A stretch of DNA of 64,000 bases from Antedon mediterranea (taxonomy: Eukaryota > Animalia > Echinodermata), in NCBI RefSeq assembly GCF_964355755.1, contig NC_092678.1, forward strand, positions 12,398,352 through 12,462,351, given 5' to 3'. Under the pieces are notes generated by a model. It searched no databases. It saw nothing but the letters and a program-made list of their open reading frames with translations, and was not told the origin of the DNA. A program made the position numbers and the translations under genes. Below, one piece after another: positions 1 to 11,746 of this stretch (the stretch's first letter is position 1; each line of letters begins with the position of its first letter).

Positions 1-1030
1 GAGTGTGTGAATGTTAACATGAGAAATAACCAATTTTGTGTGCTAAACGATGAGCACAAGTGATGAGGCGAATAGCTCTCTTTGAAGGAGATATATATGC
101 CAAGATTTGAATGGTAGTTATTGGCACAGGAGAGTGTTTCACCGGAGGTGCTGACCGTAGTGTTTACCTTTTCAATGTTTTACCCACTAGGACAACTGCC
201 CCATGTAGACCTCCAACTACCCCTAGTGAAACTACAGCTTCGGACAACTACGATTGGTAACCAAGTTAACAAGTTGCTTCTTTTGGTGCACTTGTATTGG
301 AAATTAAATTGTGTGTGAGGAGGGGACTACCACATTAGGCCTATACATTTCCAATATTTGACGTGAAATTATTATTAACAAAAAAAACTTCTCGGACAAA
401 ATGATTTCCTCAATTGGCACAGTTTTCATAATAGGAAAAAATCTATGAACCTTTCAAACGAGAGAGAGAAATTTATTTATAATCAATTAATTATTAGTGT
501 GGGCTTTCTTTAAAAAAAAATTTAAAGTAAAATTAGAAAATCCTTTACTGTGGAATAAAATAAAATGAATATAAATATTTAATGTAGACATAAACACATC
601 ATGTGTCTTTAGGTTCTATTCTCTCAGGAGTGTGGGGGAAAATGTAAAAAAAAAATCAATTAAAGTTCTTTTATGAAGAGCAAGGTCAAAAACCAAACAT
701 CATCCTCTTCGGAAGATCAATGTCAATGAAACATCTGACACTGATAAACGTGCAAAATGTGAACATCAATTGGCACAAAATCTTTTTTGGTAAGAAGATC
801 AAAATCAATCCAGTTTGATTTGAAGAAAAATCTGTTACTGCCTGTCATTGATAACAAACATACATACCTGTTAGCTTACAAGACTCACGCTACACTGCAT
901 AATCTTGATTATCTACGTTTAGCTTGGACAGATGTGCAAAGAGTTGTGCACTAAAAAGTACTGGGAGAAAAAAAAATGACAAAACATACTAGAAGAGGAA
1001 AATAAGAAACTAAAGAGAAAACTGAGCGAA

Positions 1031-1907
1031 ATGAGTATTAAGGTTAGCGACCTCACAATTGACATTTCAAAACCAAATACAGTAGAAACCGAATCAAATG
1101 ATGGAAGTAAATCTCATATTATTGGTCACTACATTCTTCATGAAAATTTTTCATCATCACACACCGCTATAATGGTGAAACGAGGCGCTACTATAAATGG
1201 TATAACAGATGAACTAAAAGAAAATACCGATCTAAAAAAAATACTCAAATATCATCATACACGGAGAAACGAATGACATATCAAATGGAAAAGATATTGA
1301 ATCAATCGTATTTGAAGTGGAAGACGCCATCACATTCATTATGATTCGAGAACAAAATATATTCATTTACATATCAGCGGTATGTTCAAGGGACACAAAT
1401 ATTGAGGAGGTAGAGATGTTAAACAAACTCTTAGAGGAATTATCAAAGAGACTTGACTGTGCTTTTATTGATATATCGCCAACTTGTACCTATAAATGCG
1501 GATCGATAGATAGCTCAATCTTGACTGATGATCTTCACCTATCATCGGCTGGATCGACGAAAACAGCAAATTGTTTTAAAAATGCCACCCCTTCCATAAA
1601 TCTTGACTTGAAAAAGAAGCTGGCATGGCGACAGATGAAAAATAAACACTGCAATGCACATATAAATCAACAAAGACAACGACAAAACAGAAACAACACG
1701 CACATGTCAGTAAGAAATACACATCAACCAAGAAACAATGGACGACATCAAAACAAAAGCTTGACAAATAAAACTTGCTTGAAGTGTGGACTGTCAAATA
1801 ATCGCGCTAATGAATGTTACTACAAGAAAGGCCTGGTATGTAGATCATGTGAAGAAATGGGACATAAGGCAAGATACTGTGTAAATAATGTGAATTTTTC
1901 AGATTAA
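1031..1907 (+). pseudogene. LINE ORF1 remnant: SGNH/GDSL esterase-like domain plus two CCHC zinc knuckles
   Basis: IIIHGETND (~1250, shifted frame) and DDLHLS resemble SGNH blocks. The C-terminus CLKCGLSNNRANEC..CRSCEEMGHKARYC holds two knuckles. Frameshifted. Confidence 0.75.
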
Positions 1908-2201
1908 GATTTTTATTATAATAGGCCTAAATTTTATTTTAATTCAATTTGATTTACTTATAACGACGCAAATCATCATCTTGACGGTGAGATCACGAAT
2001 AATTTTTTAAATAACTTTGAAATAAATTTTATAGAAAACAAAAATGATATTGATATAGGAAACATAAACGTAAATAATATTGATAATGTTTTTAAAGCAT
2101 TGAAGCGTAATGGTTTTATTATAGCCCATGCCGATATTCGTGGTCTACCAATGCATTTTGATGAGATGCAACATATTTTAAATGAAAGTAATGTCGATGT
2201 T

Positions 2202-3645
2202 TCTATATATAAATTTACGTAAGTGCAAAATTAGGTAAATCTCGGTTTATTTCTAGAATTTCTACTCGATGGTATATAAAGTTGGTTCGTACTTTCGGTA
2301 CTGATTTTAACCATCTGATGTAACCCTGTTTACTAATTAAATTGAGTTAGGTAATTAGTTATTGACGATTAAAACGAATTTAGGTTCAACGATTTGCCCC
2401 AAATAGGGGTGTTTTCCGATCGTGGTATACACTGTCTAATGGATGTCCATCTTGAAAAATACCCGCCACAATAATACGAGGAGGCTTCGCATTTTCCTAT
2501 CTCCTCCTACGATAATTGTTTTTAATAGCTGAAAACTGGTTGAACAGCTAGAGTACAGCATCATAATGTTGAAGACAGGCCGATTTTCTTTAAAAAGTAC
2601 TATTTTGATAGATTTAATATACGATTATACAAATGTATTGATTTGCGATGAATGGAACATTCCAATCTCTGTTTCACAAGTGTCTATTCCCTCAGGCGTC
2701 GTAAAGGCGAGTACAGTACTGTATACTCGAAATTCGATCCATTTTTGTTTTCAATCTGTGCTGCAGAGGTTGGATATAATTTTTTTTTTAAACGGATAAT
2801 GAGCTAGCGTTTTCACTCGCCGTATATTATGTACAAATCTTTATTATTGCAGTTAAACCACCCACATCATCACCTTTCCCTCACTGGCATGAGTAGCGTT
2901 GTAAAACCAGTAGAGAATAGGCCTACGGTACATCACATGCCCTAAACGCAGAACAACTTTGGTGGGTAGGGTAGGAACCAACTTAAGTATGAATTGGCTC
3001 TAAGAAACAATTGAAAACCATTAGGCCTACTAATTAAGTTGAGTTAGATAATTTAATATTTATTGACGATTAAATCGAATTTATGATTTTCCCCGAATAG
3101 AGGTGGTTTTCACAAATTGTTTTACATTATATTATAAACATATACACGTCGTAGTGATGTATCGTTACATGTGCTGTACTATTTCAATCGACTAGGACGG
3201 TGATAGTTTCAACAAAGTATTACATCGCAATGTTTTACTGTGTTTAGTGGTATATTATTTGTAAAACATGAAAGCAATTAATATTTCGTTACTAAATGGA
3301 TAAAGAATATATTTTAACAATGTTCCTCTTTGCACCCATCCTCTTCCCCATCCCTCAACCCTAATGTTACATACAAAACACAAATTAAGTTTGTTTAAAT
3401 TTGACTTAAACAATTGGTCTTATTTTGTGACAAGTTTCTCTTTCGGAAGTAATAGGGTGCTAATTTTAGTTGAGTACATAAATCACAGTGTCTATTTATT
3501 CGTTCCTGTACACGACATGTATTATTGTCCTGCGGTACGTACATTTGAAATCGCCAGTTTTTTAACGCTGAAATTATTATGTATTCGAGAACCATCTGTG
3601 GGCACGACCTAGATGGTACGCGAGCGAAGCGAGCGTACCATCTAG
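2202..3645 (+). mobile_element. Non-autonomous Helitron, family H1, copy 1
   Basis: Starts TCTATATATAAATTTACG and ends in the hairpin CTAGATGGTACGC-GAGCGAAGCGA-GCGTACCATCTAG followed by T. No TSD. Near-identical copies at 7372-12133 and 28389-29762. Confidence 0.85.
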
Positions 3646-3656
3646 TTTAATTTAAG

Positions 3657-3698
3657 CAGGGAAGAGTTAAATTACAATTGTAATTTAACTCTTCCCTG
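3657..3698. repeat. Perfect 42-bp palindrome; probable DNA-transposon excision footprint
   Basis: CAGGGAAGAGTTAAATTACAA|TTGTAATTTAACTCTTCCCTG, flanked by ATTTAAG / GTTTAAG (near 7-bp TSD) within LINE A. Confidence 0.7.
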
Positions 3699-3940
3699 GT
3701 TTAAGTGAAACGTTTTTAAATAACACATTTAATAATAATAATAATAATAACAACTTTATTTAAAAACGGATGCAACACTTGAATCACCATATTGGTGTTT
3801 TTCACAAGGCCGTTACTTACTACAAAACTATTTATACTATTACACAAGTTATCAATTACAGTACAAAAACAACAACAACAACAAAAAAAAAAAAAAAAAA
3901 AAAAAGATTTCATGAAAAAATATAGAGTTTCAAGTATATT

Positions 3941-6900
3941 TTATCTTTGGTCATTTATCATTTTTTTAAATATATGTATATTAGGAGCTGTAATTGCATT
4001 TGAGTTTATAGCATTTAAACTATTCCATAGCTTTGCGCCAGAATACGAGAAACTTTTCTTTTTATACTCAGTGTTTGCCTTATGTAAACTTAGAATATCT
4101 TTTGATCTAGTATTATATGTTTGTTTGCGTTCATAGAATCTGTTTCTTAAGTAGGATGGTGTCAAGTTATTCATTATTTTATACATTGTGACTGCTTCGT
4201 TGTAATATTGTTTTTCTTCTAAATTAGGCCAATTTAAATCTTTGAGCGCCTGTGAGCTAGAGTCATACCTAGATGTATGTGTAATTATTTTAGCCGCTCT
4301 ATTTTGGAGTACTTGGAGTTTATATTTGAGGGTTTGGTTACAACGACCCCATACTACATTGCAGTAGTCAAAATGGTGGGCTATGATAGATTTGTACATT
4401 AATGATTGAATATTTTGAGGGAAAATATTGCTGCATTTTTTTAGATAGTACAGACCTGATATTACTTTATTTTTCACCTGATCTATTTGTTTATGCCATT
4501 TTAAATTTTCATCGATAATAACACCTAAATGTTTACAGTTATTTACCTTTTCAAGTTTTGTACCGTCTATATTAATATTAATATCCATGTTAATCAATTT
4601 ATTTAATTTTTGATGTGTTCCTAAAATCATATATTCAGTCTTTTTAATGTTTAGACTTAATTTGTTACTTGCTAACCATAGTTGTACATGTTTTAGATCA
4701 GTATTTACTTTGCTTATTATATCGTGTATGTCTTTAGATGCATAATATAACGCAGTGTCATCTGCGTACATGCTTACATTTACATGAGAAACTGAGTTAG
4801 GTAGATCATTAATATACATGATAAATAGAAGGGGCCCTAATATTGATCCCTGAGGGATTCCACAAACACTATTAGACTTTACCGAATCAACATTGTTAAT
4901 ATTAGTAATATGTGTACGATTTGTTAAATAATTTTCAAACCATTTGATAACATGATTAGCAAAATTAAAATTGTGTAGTTTTTTTATTAGTATCTGGTGA
5001 TTAACAGTGTCGAAAGCTTTTTTGAGATCAAGCATTATTAGTCCTATGTATTTACCATTTTCAATACTGTCAATCCAATCTTCAGTTATATTTATTAATG
5101 CCGATGATGTCGAGTAATTTGGCCTAAATCCAGATTGTTGATTGTATAAGTTAGGGTTGATTTGTGGATAGAGTTGGTCAAAGACAGCGCGTTCAATAAT
5201 TTTTGATAAAATTGGTAGTACAGAAATTGGCCTGTAGTTAGATGGTTCACTTCGGTCGCCATTTTTAAAAATTGGGCATATTCGTGCATTTTTCCATTTA
5301 CTTGGGAAGTCGCTGGTTCTTAGAGATAAATTAATTAAAAATGTAATGGGTTGTACAATTGAGTTGATTGCTAATTTTATTAGTTTAGCAGGAATTTCAT
5401 CAGTTCCTGTAGCCTTTTTGTCAGATAATGATAAAATTTGTTTATATACATATTCCTCGTCAACAAGTGTGAAATTGATTTTGTCTTCACCTTGATTTGG
5501 GTATTCATAATTTACATGGTTATTTTCAAATTGAGGAATTTGTTTAGCTAGGTTAGGTCCTATGTTTGCAAAAAACTCATTTAAAGTATTAGCTATCTTG
5601 TAAGAATCTGTTTCAAGGCCATTTATTGTATTTATACTACTTATAACACTTTTTTTATTCTTAGATGGTACAATATATCTTATGTTTTTCCAGATTATTT
5701 TGGAATCTTTTGTATTTAATTGTTCAGAGAAATAATTTTTTTTTGATCTCCTGATATCGTAATTTACTTTGTTTTTTAATTCACGGTATTCGTTCCATAA
5801 TTGAGGACAATTTTCTTTACTCGCTCTTTTTTTCATTGAGTCACGTTTTCGCATTTGTAATATTACATTTTTTGTGAGCCATGGACTATCTTTATTTCGA
5901 ACCCGTTTTTTCTTTAAAGGTACATGTTTATTAACAATTTGTAAAAACTTGTCTTCAAAAAACTGCAGAGCGTCATTCACATTTGTATATGAAGTTATTT
6001 CATGCCAATTTACATTTAACATATCAATTTGTAGTTTTTCCTTATCAAGGTTATTATAGTTCCTTTTTGTTTTATATTTATGGTTATGTTTTGGTTTTTC
6101 TTCTTTACCAATGACAGCGTAAATAGCTGAATGATCACTAATTCCTGTGTTAAGTACACCCGAGGAAGAAATTCGGTTTGGAAAGGATGTATAAAAATGA
6201 TCAATCAGAGTTTTACTTTGGTTTGTTATCCTTGTCGGTTCAGTTATAATTTGTGTTAGAAAATGGTTATTAGTTATATCCATTAATTTTTGTGTATAGC
6301 AAGTAGGGTTTTGTGAAAGTGTGTCACAATTGACATCTCCTATTATTATTATTTCTTTGTTTAGACATTCGTTTTCTTCTAAAATTTGTTCAAAAATATC
6401 TAAAAGTTGAATTTTTGAGTTTGGTGGGCGGTACCATGCTATTAAAATGATTGGTTTAGTTTTTGGTTTACAAAGTTCGATTACTACTATCTCAAGCTCC
6501 ATTTTCATGAAATCATTTCTTAGTTTACAAGTAAAACATCCTCCTCTATTTACATAAACTGCAACCCCTCCCCCTTCCCTATTTCTGTCATTTCTATAAA
6601 TATCATAGCCATCAATGTGTATTGATTCATCTTTAATTACATTATCTAAACGTGTTTCATTGAGTGCTATGATATCAATAGAATTGTTGTTGATTAGATA
6701 CTTAAATTCATCAAATTTGCTTGGTAGAGAAACTATATTCAATCCTAGGATACTTAGACCATTATTTAAAAATACTTTACAATTTTCAGTTAAATTATTA
6801 TGTTCATTTAGCGAACAGTTATGTTGATAGTTAATTGTTTCATTTTTATTTGAATTGATCGTATACGTTAAATTTGAGGCAACTCCAGGTGGTATAATAT

Positions 6901-6970
6901 CATTTATATAAGTTTGTTGAGTGTCCACCTCGTCATGGGGATTTTGTTCTAATTCATTGTCATTAATCAT
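3941..6970 (-). CDS. LINE ORF2 protein: APE endonuclease + reverse transcriptase (1009 aa, uninterrupted)
   Basis: LNETRL, YRPPNS, GDVN and SDH endonuclease motifs; NYRPISVL, QSGFR, LDLKKAFDTV, GIPQGSILGP and YADD RT motifs. Confidence 0.95.
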   Translation of the reverse strand: MINDNELEQNPHDEVDTQQTYINDIIPPGVASNLTYTINSNKNETINYQHNCSLNEHNNLTENCKVFLNNGLSILGLNIVSLPSKFDEFKYLINNNSIDIIALNETRLDNVIKDESIHIDGYDIYRNDRNREGGGVAVYVNRGGCFTCKLRNDFMKMELEIVVIELCKPKTKPIILIAWYRPPNSKIQLLDIFEQILEENECLNKEIIIIGDVNCDTLSQNPTCYTQKLMDITNNHFLTQIITEPTRITNQSKTLIDHFYTSFPNRISSSGVLNTGISDHSAIYAVIGKEEKPKHNHKYKTKRNYNNLDKEKLQIDMLNVNWHEITSYTNVNDALQFFEDKFLQIVNKHVPLKKKRVRNKDSPWLTKNVILQMRKRDSMKKRASKENCPQLWNEYRELKNKVNYDIRRSKKNYFSEQLNTKDSKIIWKNIRYIVPSKNKKSVISSINTINGLETDSYKIANTLNEFFANIGPNLAKQIPQFENNHVNYEYPNQGEDKINFTLVDEEYVYKQILSLSDKKATGTDEIPAKLIKLAINSIVQPITFLINLSLRTSDFPSKWKNARICPIFKNGDRSEPSNYRPISVLPILSKIIERAVFDQLYPQINPNLYNQQSGFRPNYSTSSALINITEDWIDSIENGKYIGLIMLDLKKAFDTVNHQILIKKLHNFNFANHVIKWFENYLTNRTHITNINNVDSVKSNSVCGIPQGSILGPLLFIMYINDLPNSVSHVNVSMYADDTALYYASKDIHDIISKVNTDLKHVQLWLASNKLSLNIKKTEYMILGTHQKLNKLINMDININIDGTKLEKVNNCKHLGVIIDENLKWHKQIDQVKNKVISGLYYLKKCSNIFPQNIQSLMYKSIIAHHFDYCNVVWGRCNQTLKYKLQVLQNRAAKIITHTSRYDSSSQALKDLNWPNLEEKQYYNEAVTMYKIMNNLTPSYLRNRFYERKQTYNTRSKDILSLHKANTEYKKKSFSYSGAKLWNSLNAINSNAITAPNIHIFKKMINDQR

Positions 6971-7003
6971 AGAATTTACGGCTAAACCCTCATTGCCTAT
7001 TTC

Positions 7004-7205
7004 CTAGTAATCATAAAATGCTTGGCAAAACTTAGCCTTATGTCCAACAGAGTTACATTTCCAGCATGTAATCGGTGCTCTATGACGACATATCCTCTGC
7101 ACATGTCCACTCTCACCACAGTTGAAGCAGGGATTCAGAGCTTCCTGGTTGAAGGATGAAACAGATAAGTATCGTTGTTTGCCTTCTGGGTTTCGTTGTC
7201 GTTGT
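7004..7205 (-). CDS. 3' end of LINE ORF1 with two CCHC knuckles (partial)
   Basis: Manual translation gives ..NPCFNCGESGHVQRICRHRAPITCWKCNSVGHKAKFCQAFYDY* with TAG at 7004-7006. Confidence 0.85.
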
Positions 7206-7946
7206 TAATATACGTTTAATGATCAGGAATTCCAGGTTGATGATTATGTAATATACAGACGTGATCGTTGGGTGGTGTTGCGATTTACGTAAATCAAAAT
7301 ACCGTACATAGAATAAGGAACCTAATCCTAACTAAAACTGAAACATAATATGTGCTGAAATTGAACTTATATCTATATATAAATTTACGTAAGGGCAAAA
7401 TTCGGTAAATCGCGCCTTACTTCTAGAATTTGTACTCGATGGTATATAAAGTTGGTTTGTACTTTCGATACTTATTTTAACCACCTGATGTAACCCTGTT
7501 TACTAATTAAATTGAGTTCGAAAATTAGTTATTGACGATTAAAACGAATTTAGGTTCAACGATTTGCTCCAAATAGGGTGTTTTCCGATCGTGGTATACA
7601 CTGTCTAATGCATGTCCATCTTGAAAAATACCCGCATACAATAATGTGAGGATGCTTCGCATTTTCCTATCTCCTCCTACGATAATTGTTTTTAATCGCT
7701 GAAAACCGGTTGAACAGCTCGAGTACAGCATCATAATGTTGAAGACAGGCCGAAAGTATTATTTTGATAGATTTAATATACGTTTATACAAATGTATTGA
7801 TTTGCGATGAATGGAACATTCCAATATCTGTTCCACAAGTGTCTATTCCCTCAGGCGTCGTAAAGGCAAGTACTGTATACTCATAACAGAAATTCGATCC
7901 ATTTTTTTTTTCAATCTGTGCTGCAGAGGTTGGATATAGATTTTTT

Positions 7947-10900
7947 CGCGCCGCGGCTCTAGCCAGCTATGTCCCAGGAGGACACATTCATTAATAAGCT
8001 GTTTCAAAGCGGTAGCTTTAGTATCTAAGGCTGACAGTTTTGTGAATTTGGAAACTCCACTATAATTTATAGGTAGCTGCTGGACCCAAAAAACGTCTGG
8101 GAGAAGAGAGTCTATATAAAAGCCTTTGCTGATAATACAGTATTATTGAGATGTAGACGGAAATCTGTAAAATCTTGTTCAATAAATAATAACTTCGTTT
8201 TTGCTGTCAACCAGGCCGGTATTATAATAAGTCACTGTCAAACAATCATTCGATAATGGTCAAAACTTTATTTTGGCTCTGTCAACATAAAGGGAGGTAT
8301 TTACAATGACTTTCTTTTGACTGTCAATCTAGGCCAATGTTATAATAATACGCCGTCAGATATTAAATCATTGAAAAAGTCCTGGTAAATTTTTTTTTGG
8401 TTATCAGATGCCGTGGGGGGAGGGGGGGCCCAATCAATTATTGTCAGAAGGTGAACAATCAGTCTAGGTAGCAGCAGCAGATTATTAGTATAGGAACGCC
8501 TGCTCCATTAATTAATCCAGAAAAAGGTTTGTACATTATCTATTTGTTTATTAGCCTTCTCCTAACACAATTATATTTTCTTTAAAAAAAGGTTTTATAA
8601 GTGGTTTCAACATTTATGATAGTAAGGTCACAGTTCTGTGTCTGGACGCAAGTTCATAGACCTACTAGTTATATTATTCATATTAACTGATACTTACTCT
8701 TCATTTACCGTAAAGTTCAGTTTGAATGAAATATATAATATAAATTGGCTTCGTAACAATTAATTAGTGTTGAAAAGGTTAGTTTTTTGGTGATAGGTGA
8801 AAATGACATGTAACTTCGTAATAAATTTATTTTTTTTTGTATAAAGGCCCAATTACACTATGACGATAACGACGGACGATAAATATATAGCATGCATTTT
8901 TTTTACATAAACCAAAAGAAATTAGAAAGGTTTTCGTTCTAGACGTATAGGATAATCATTTATGCTGTCTTTGATAAAATAATGTTTTTCAAATTCCAAT
9001 CAAATGACGTCATGATAAATAAAAACAATAAAATCGCTGTATTGTCACGATATTATTGGTCTTACTAATCATGACGTCATTTGATTGGACGTGTGAAAAT
9101 ATAATTTTCATCAAAGGAATTGTTATATATTTCTTTTGGTTTATGTATTAAAAATGCACATTTGTCTATTTATCGTCGATCGTTATCGTCCTAGTGTATG
9201 GGCCTTATGCTGTAAATGTTCAATTAATTGATCATTCCGATTTTATTAGTTGGACTCTTGCACAGTTGCTGTCTAATCGTTGTTGTGTAATATCATTTCG
9301 AACCATATTAAAACCATAAAGAGATTCATATTCCTTAACATGTGGCTGTGCATGGAAGTCCGGTCTACAAAAACTCGGGCCCGGGATCATTGTTATTGGG
9401 CCTGAAAGTGTTGGTGAATTCATAATTATACTTAATATTATATTTATATATATATATATATAATTATATTATTATACAATTGAAAGCAAAACCCGTTGAA
9501 TCTCAAATCATTAGGACTAGAAATTTGGCTTATCAATCCCATAAATACTTTCGTTCAAAATGAAACTCCAACCTCTCTAATCAAAAGATTGAACTCGAAA
9601 ACGGACCGTTTTTTTGAATTGGGTATGTTGAAACATTAATTGTGGTATTGATCAGTGGCTATAGAGGCGTAAAAACCCTCGGTCAATATCATGTAAAATG
9701 CACTGTGGAAGGGTCATTATTAAGACTGCAAAATTGGGCTTATCAACAAATAAACACTTTCGTTCAAAATGTAAAATCAAGGCTGAAAAATTGGGCTTAT
9801 CAACAACAAAATATTTTATTATTAGACGCGATAACATCAAGGATAATCAGTATAATAATTATTAATATAGCCACTGTTACTAGTTTTATTCTACATGCTA
9901 AAGTAAATAAAAATCCACTAGAAAAAAAACAAGTCTGAATGTTTTATGCTTATTAGCCATGTTATGTTTGTTACTGTAGGCCTATGATTGTTTGCAATGT
10001 CCACATATTATTTCCGTGGGCATATCCATAGTGTATCACTCACAAAAAAGACGTGTGAGGTTTTTTCTTTAGATTTTGAAGAATGATTTGTGTTACAGGT
10101 TGACACATGAGTCAAATGCTCAAGATATCGGCTAACGCCATGGGACCCTTGGCTTATCAATGAATAATAAATACAGTACTACTTTCGTTCAATTGAAATC
10201 GGAATCTGACCGTTTCATTAAATTGGGTGTGATTAGGCCTAAACATATAATAATTTATTAAAAAGGTACAATAAAAACAAATGCATCAGAGGCGTAAAGA
10301 ACCCACGGTCAATATCATGTAAAATTTATATGGTATAAGCACTGTGGAAGGGGTCATTATTATTAAACTGGAAATTCGGCTTATCAACAAATAAATACTT
10401 TCGTTTAAAATGTAAAATAAGAATGCACAATTGGGCTTATCAACAAATAAAATACTTTTTTTTCAAAATGTAAAATTAAGATTGGAAAATTGGGCTTATA
10501 AACAAATAAATACTTTTTTTCAAAATGTAAGAAAACATTTTTTAAATATAATCCTTAAGCTCTGGCTATACTATCAAACTAAATATGATGTGCCCATATT
10601 ATATAGACATGACGATGTCCACTACGATATTCGGGCATATCACTACCATATTTGGGCACATCACACTTTTTTTTGTTAAACTAGTTGGGACAGTGTAGAC
10701 ACAGAACTATGTGATCGAAACATAAGTCGGAATTGGACTGATGCGATTGATTTAATTGGGTATTTTTATTAATTTAATGATTCATTAAAAATTATAATAC
10801 CGATAAGCGTATGGTATTGATCAATGGTGCAAAAAACCCTGAGAAATAATGGTATAACGCGATTTGGTGATAGCTTAGCAATAATACAACCCATATACTA

Positions 10901-11264
10901 TTATTATAAATACCTATTACAAATCCATTCATATAACTTTTCATCGCGAACCGAAAATGTATAAATGTTATTCTACAGACAGTAATTATATATTCAAAAG
11001 CCATATTATTATTATTATTATCAATACCTAAATGCGATAGTAATAACCACATAAACATAAATTATTCCCAATACAAGTTTGTGCGTTTAATTCTAGAAAG
11101 AAACGACTGTGCTGACAGGCCATAATGACATAAATCACAAGTAAAGTCCCAATTGTTCACTTGCGTTTTGATTGGCCGACCTATTATATTAAATTAATGA
11201 AGACTGTTCTTACAACTGTCCAGTCAAAAAGTTACGCGGCGTTTTTTGTAAGGAATATTTCTTG
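7947..11264 (+). mobile_element. 3.3-kb non-coding insertion in a T-run, possibly Helentron/HINE-like
   Basis: Absent from H1 copies 1 and 3 at the same T-run. Subterminal CGCCGCG / CGCGGCG inverted motif, end CTTG-TTT. A similar 5' end occurs at ~63940. Internal ~50-bp repeats (AAATTGGGCTTATCAACAAATAAATACTTT) at 9520-10530. Confidence 0.55.
8845..9205. mobile_element. Palindromic MITE (PIF/Harbinger-like ends)
   Basis: AGGCCC..ACACTATGACGATAACGA / TCGTTATCGTCCTAGTGTATGGGCCT, with imperfect inverted symmetry across most of its length. Confidence 0.6.
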
Positions 11265-11722
11265 TTTAAACGGATAATGAGCTAGCGTTTTCAGTCGCCG
11301 TATATTACGTACAAATCTTTATTATTGCAGTTAAACCACCCACATCATCACCCTTCCCTCACTGGCATAAGTAGTGTTGTAAAGCCAGTAGAGGATAGGC
11401 CTACAGTGCATCACATGCCCTAAACGCAGAACAACTTTGGTGGGTAGGGTAGGAACCAACTTAAGTATGAATTAGCTCTAAGAAACAATTGAAAACCATT
11501 AGGCCTACTAATTAAGTTGAGTTAGATAATTTAATATTTATTGACGATTAAATCGAATTTATGATTTGCCCCGAATAGAGGTGGTTTTCATAAATTGTTT
11601 TACATTATATAAACATATACACGTCGTAGTGATGTATCGTTACACGTACTGTACTTTTCAATCGACTAGGACGGTGATAGTTTCAACAAAGTATTACATC
11701 GCAATGTTTTACTGTGTTTAGT

Positions 11723-11746
11723 CATGGGGGTATAAATACCTCCATG
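11723..11746. repeat. 24-bp CATG..CATG palindromic insertion with 7-bp TSD GTTTAGT
   Basis: The empty site (a single GTTTAGT) is present in H1 copies 1 (~3242) and 3 (~29341). Confidence 0.8.

Larger units (their letters stand above)
3734..7214 (-). mobile_element. Young 5'-truncated CR1/L2-group LINE inserted antisense into LINE A
   Basis: AATAAA followed by a (TAT)n tail at ~3734-3760 on the minus strand, an intact ORF2 and the 3' end of ORF1. TTTAAT lies at both junctions. Confidence 0.9.
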
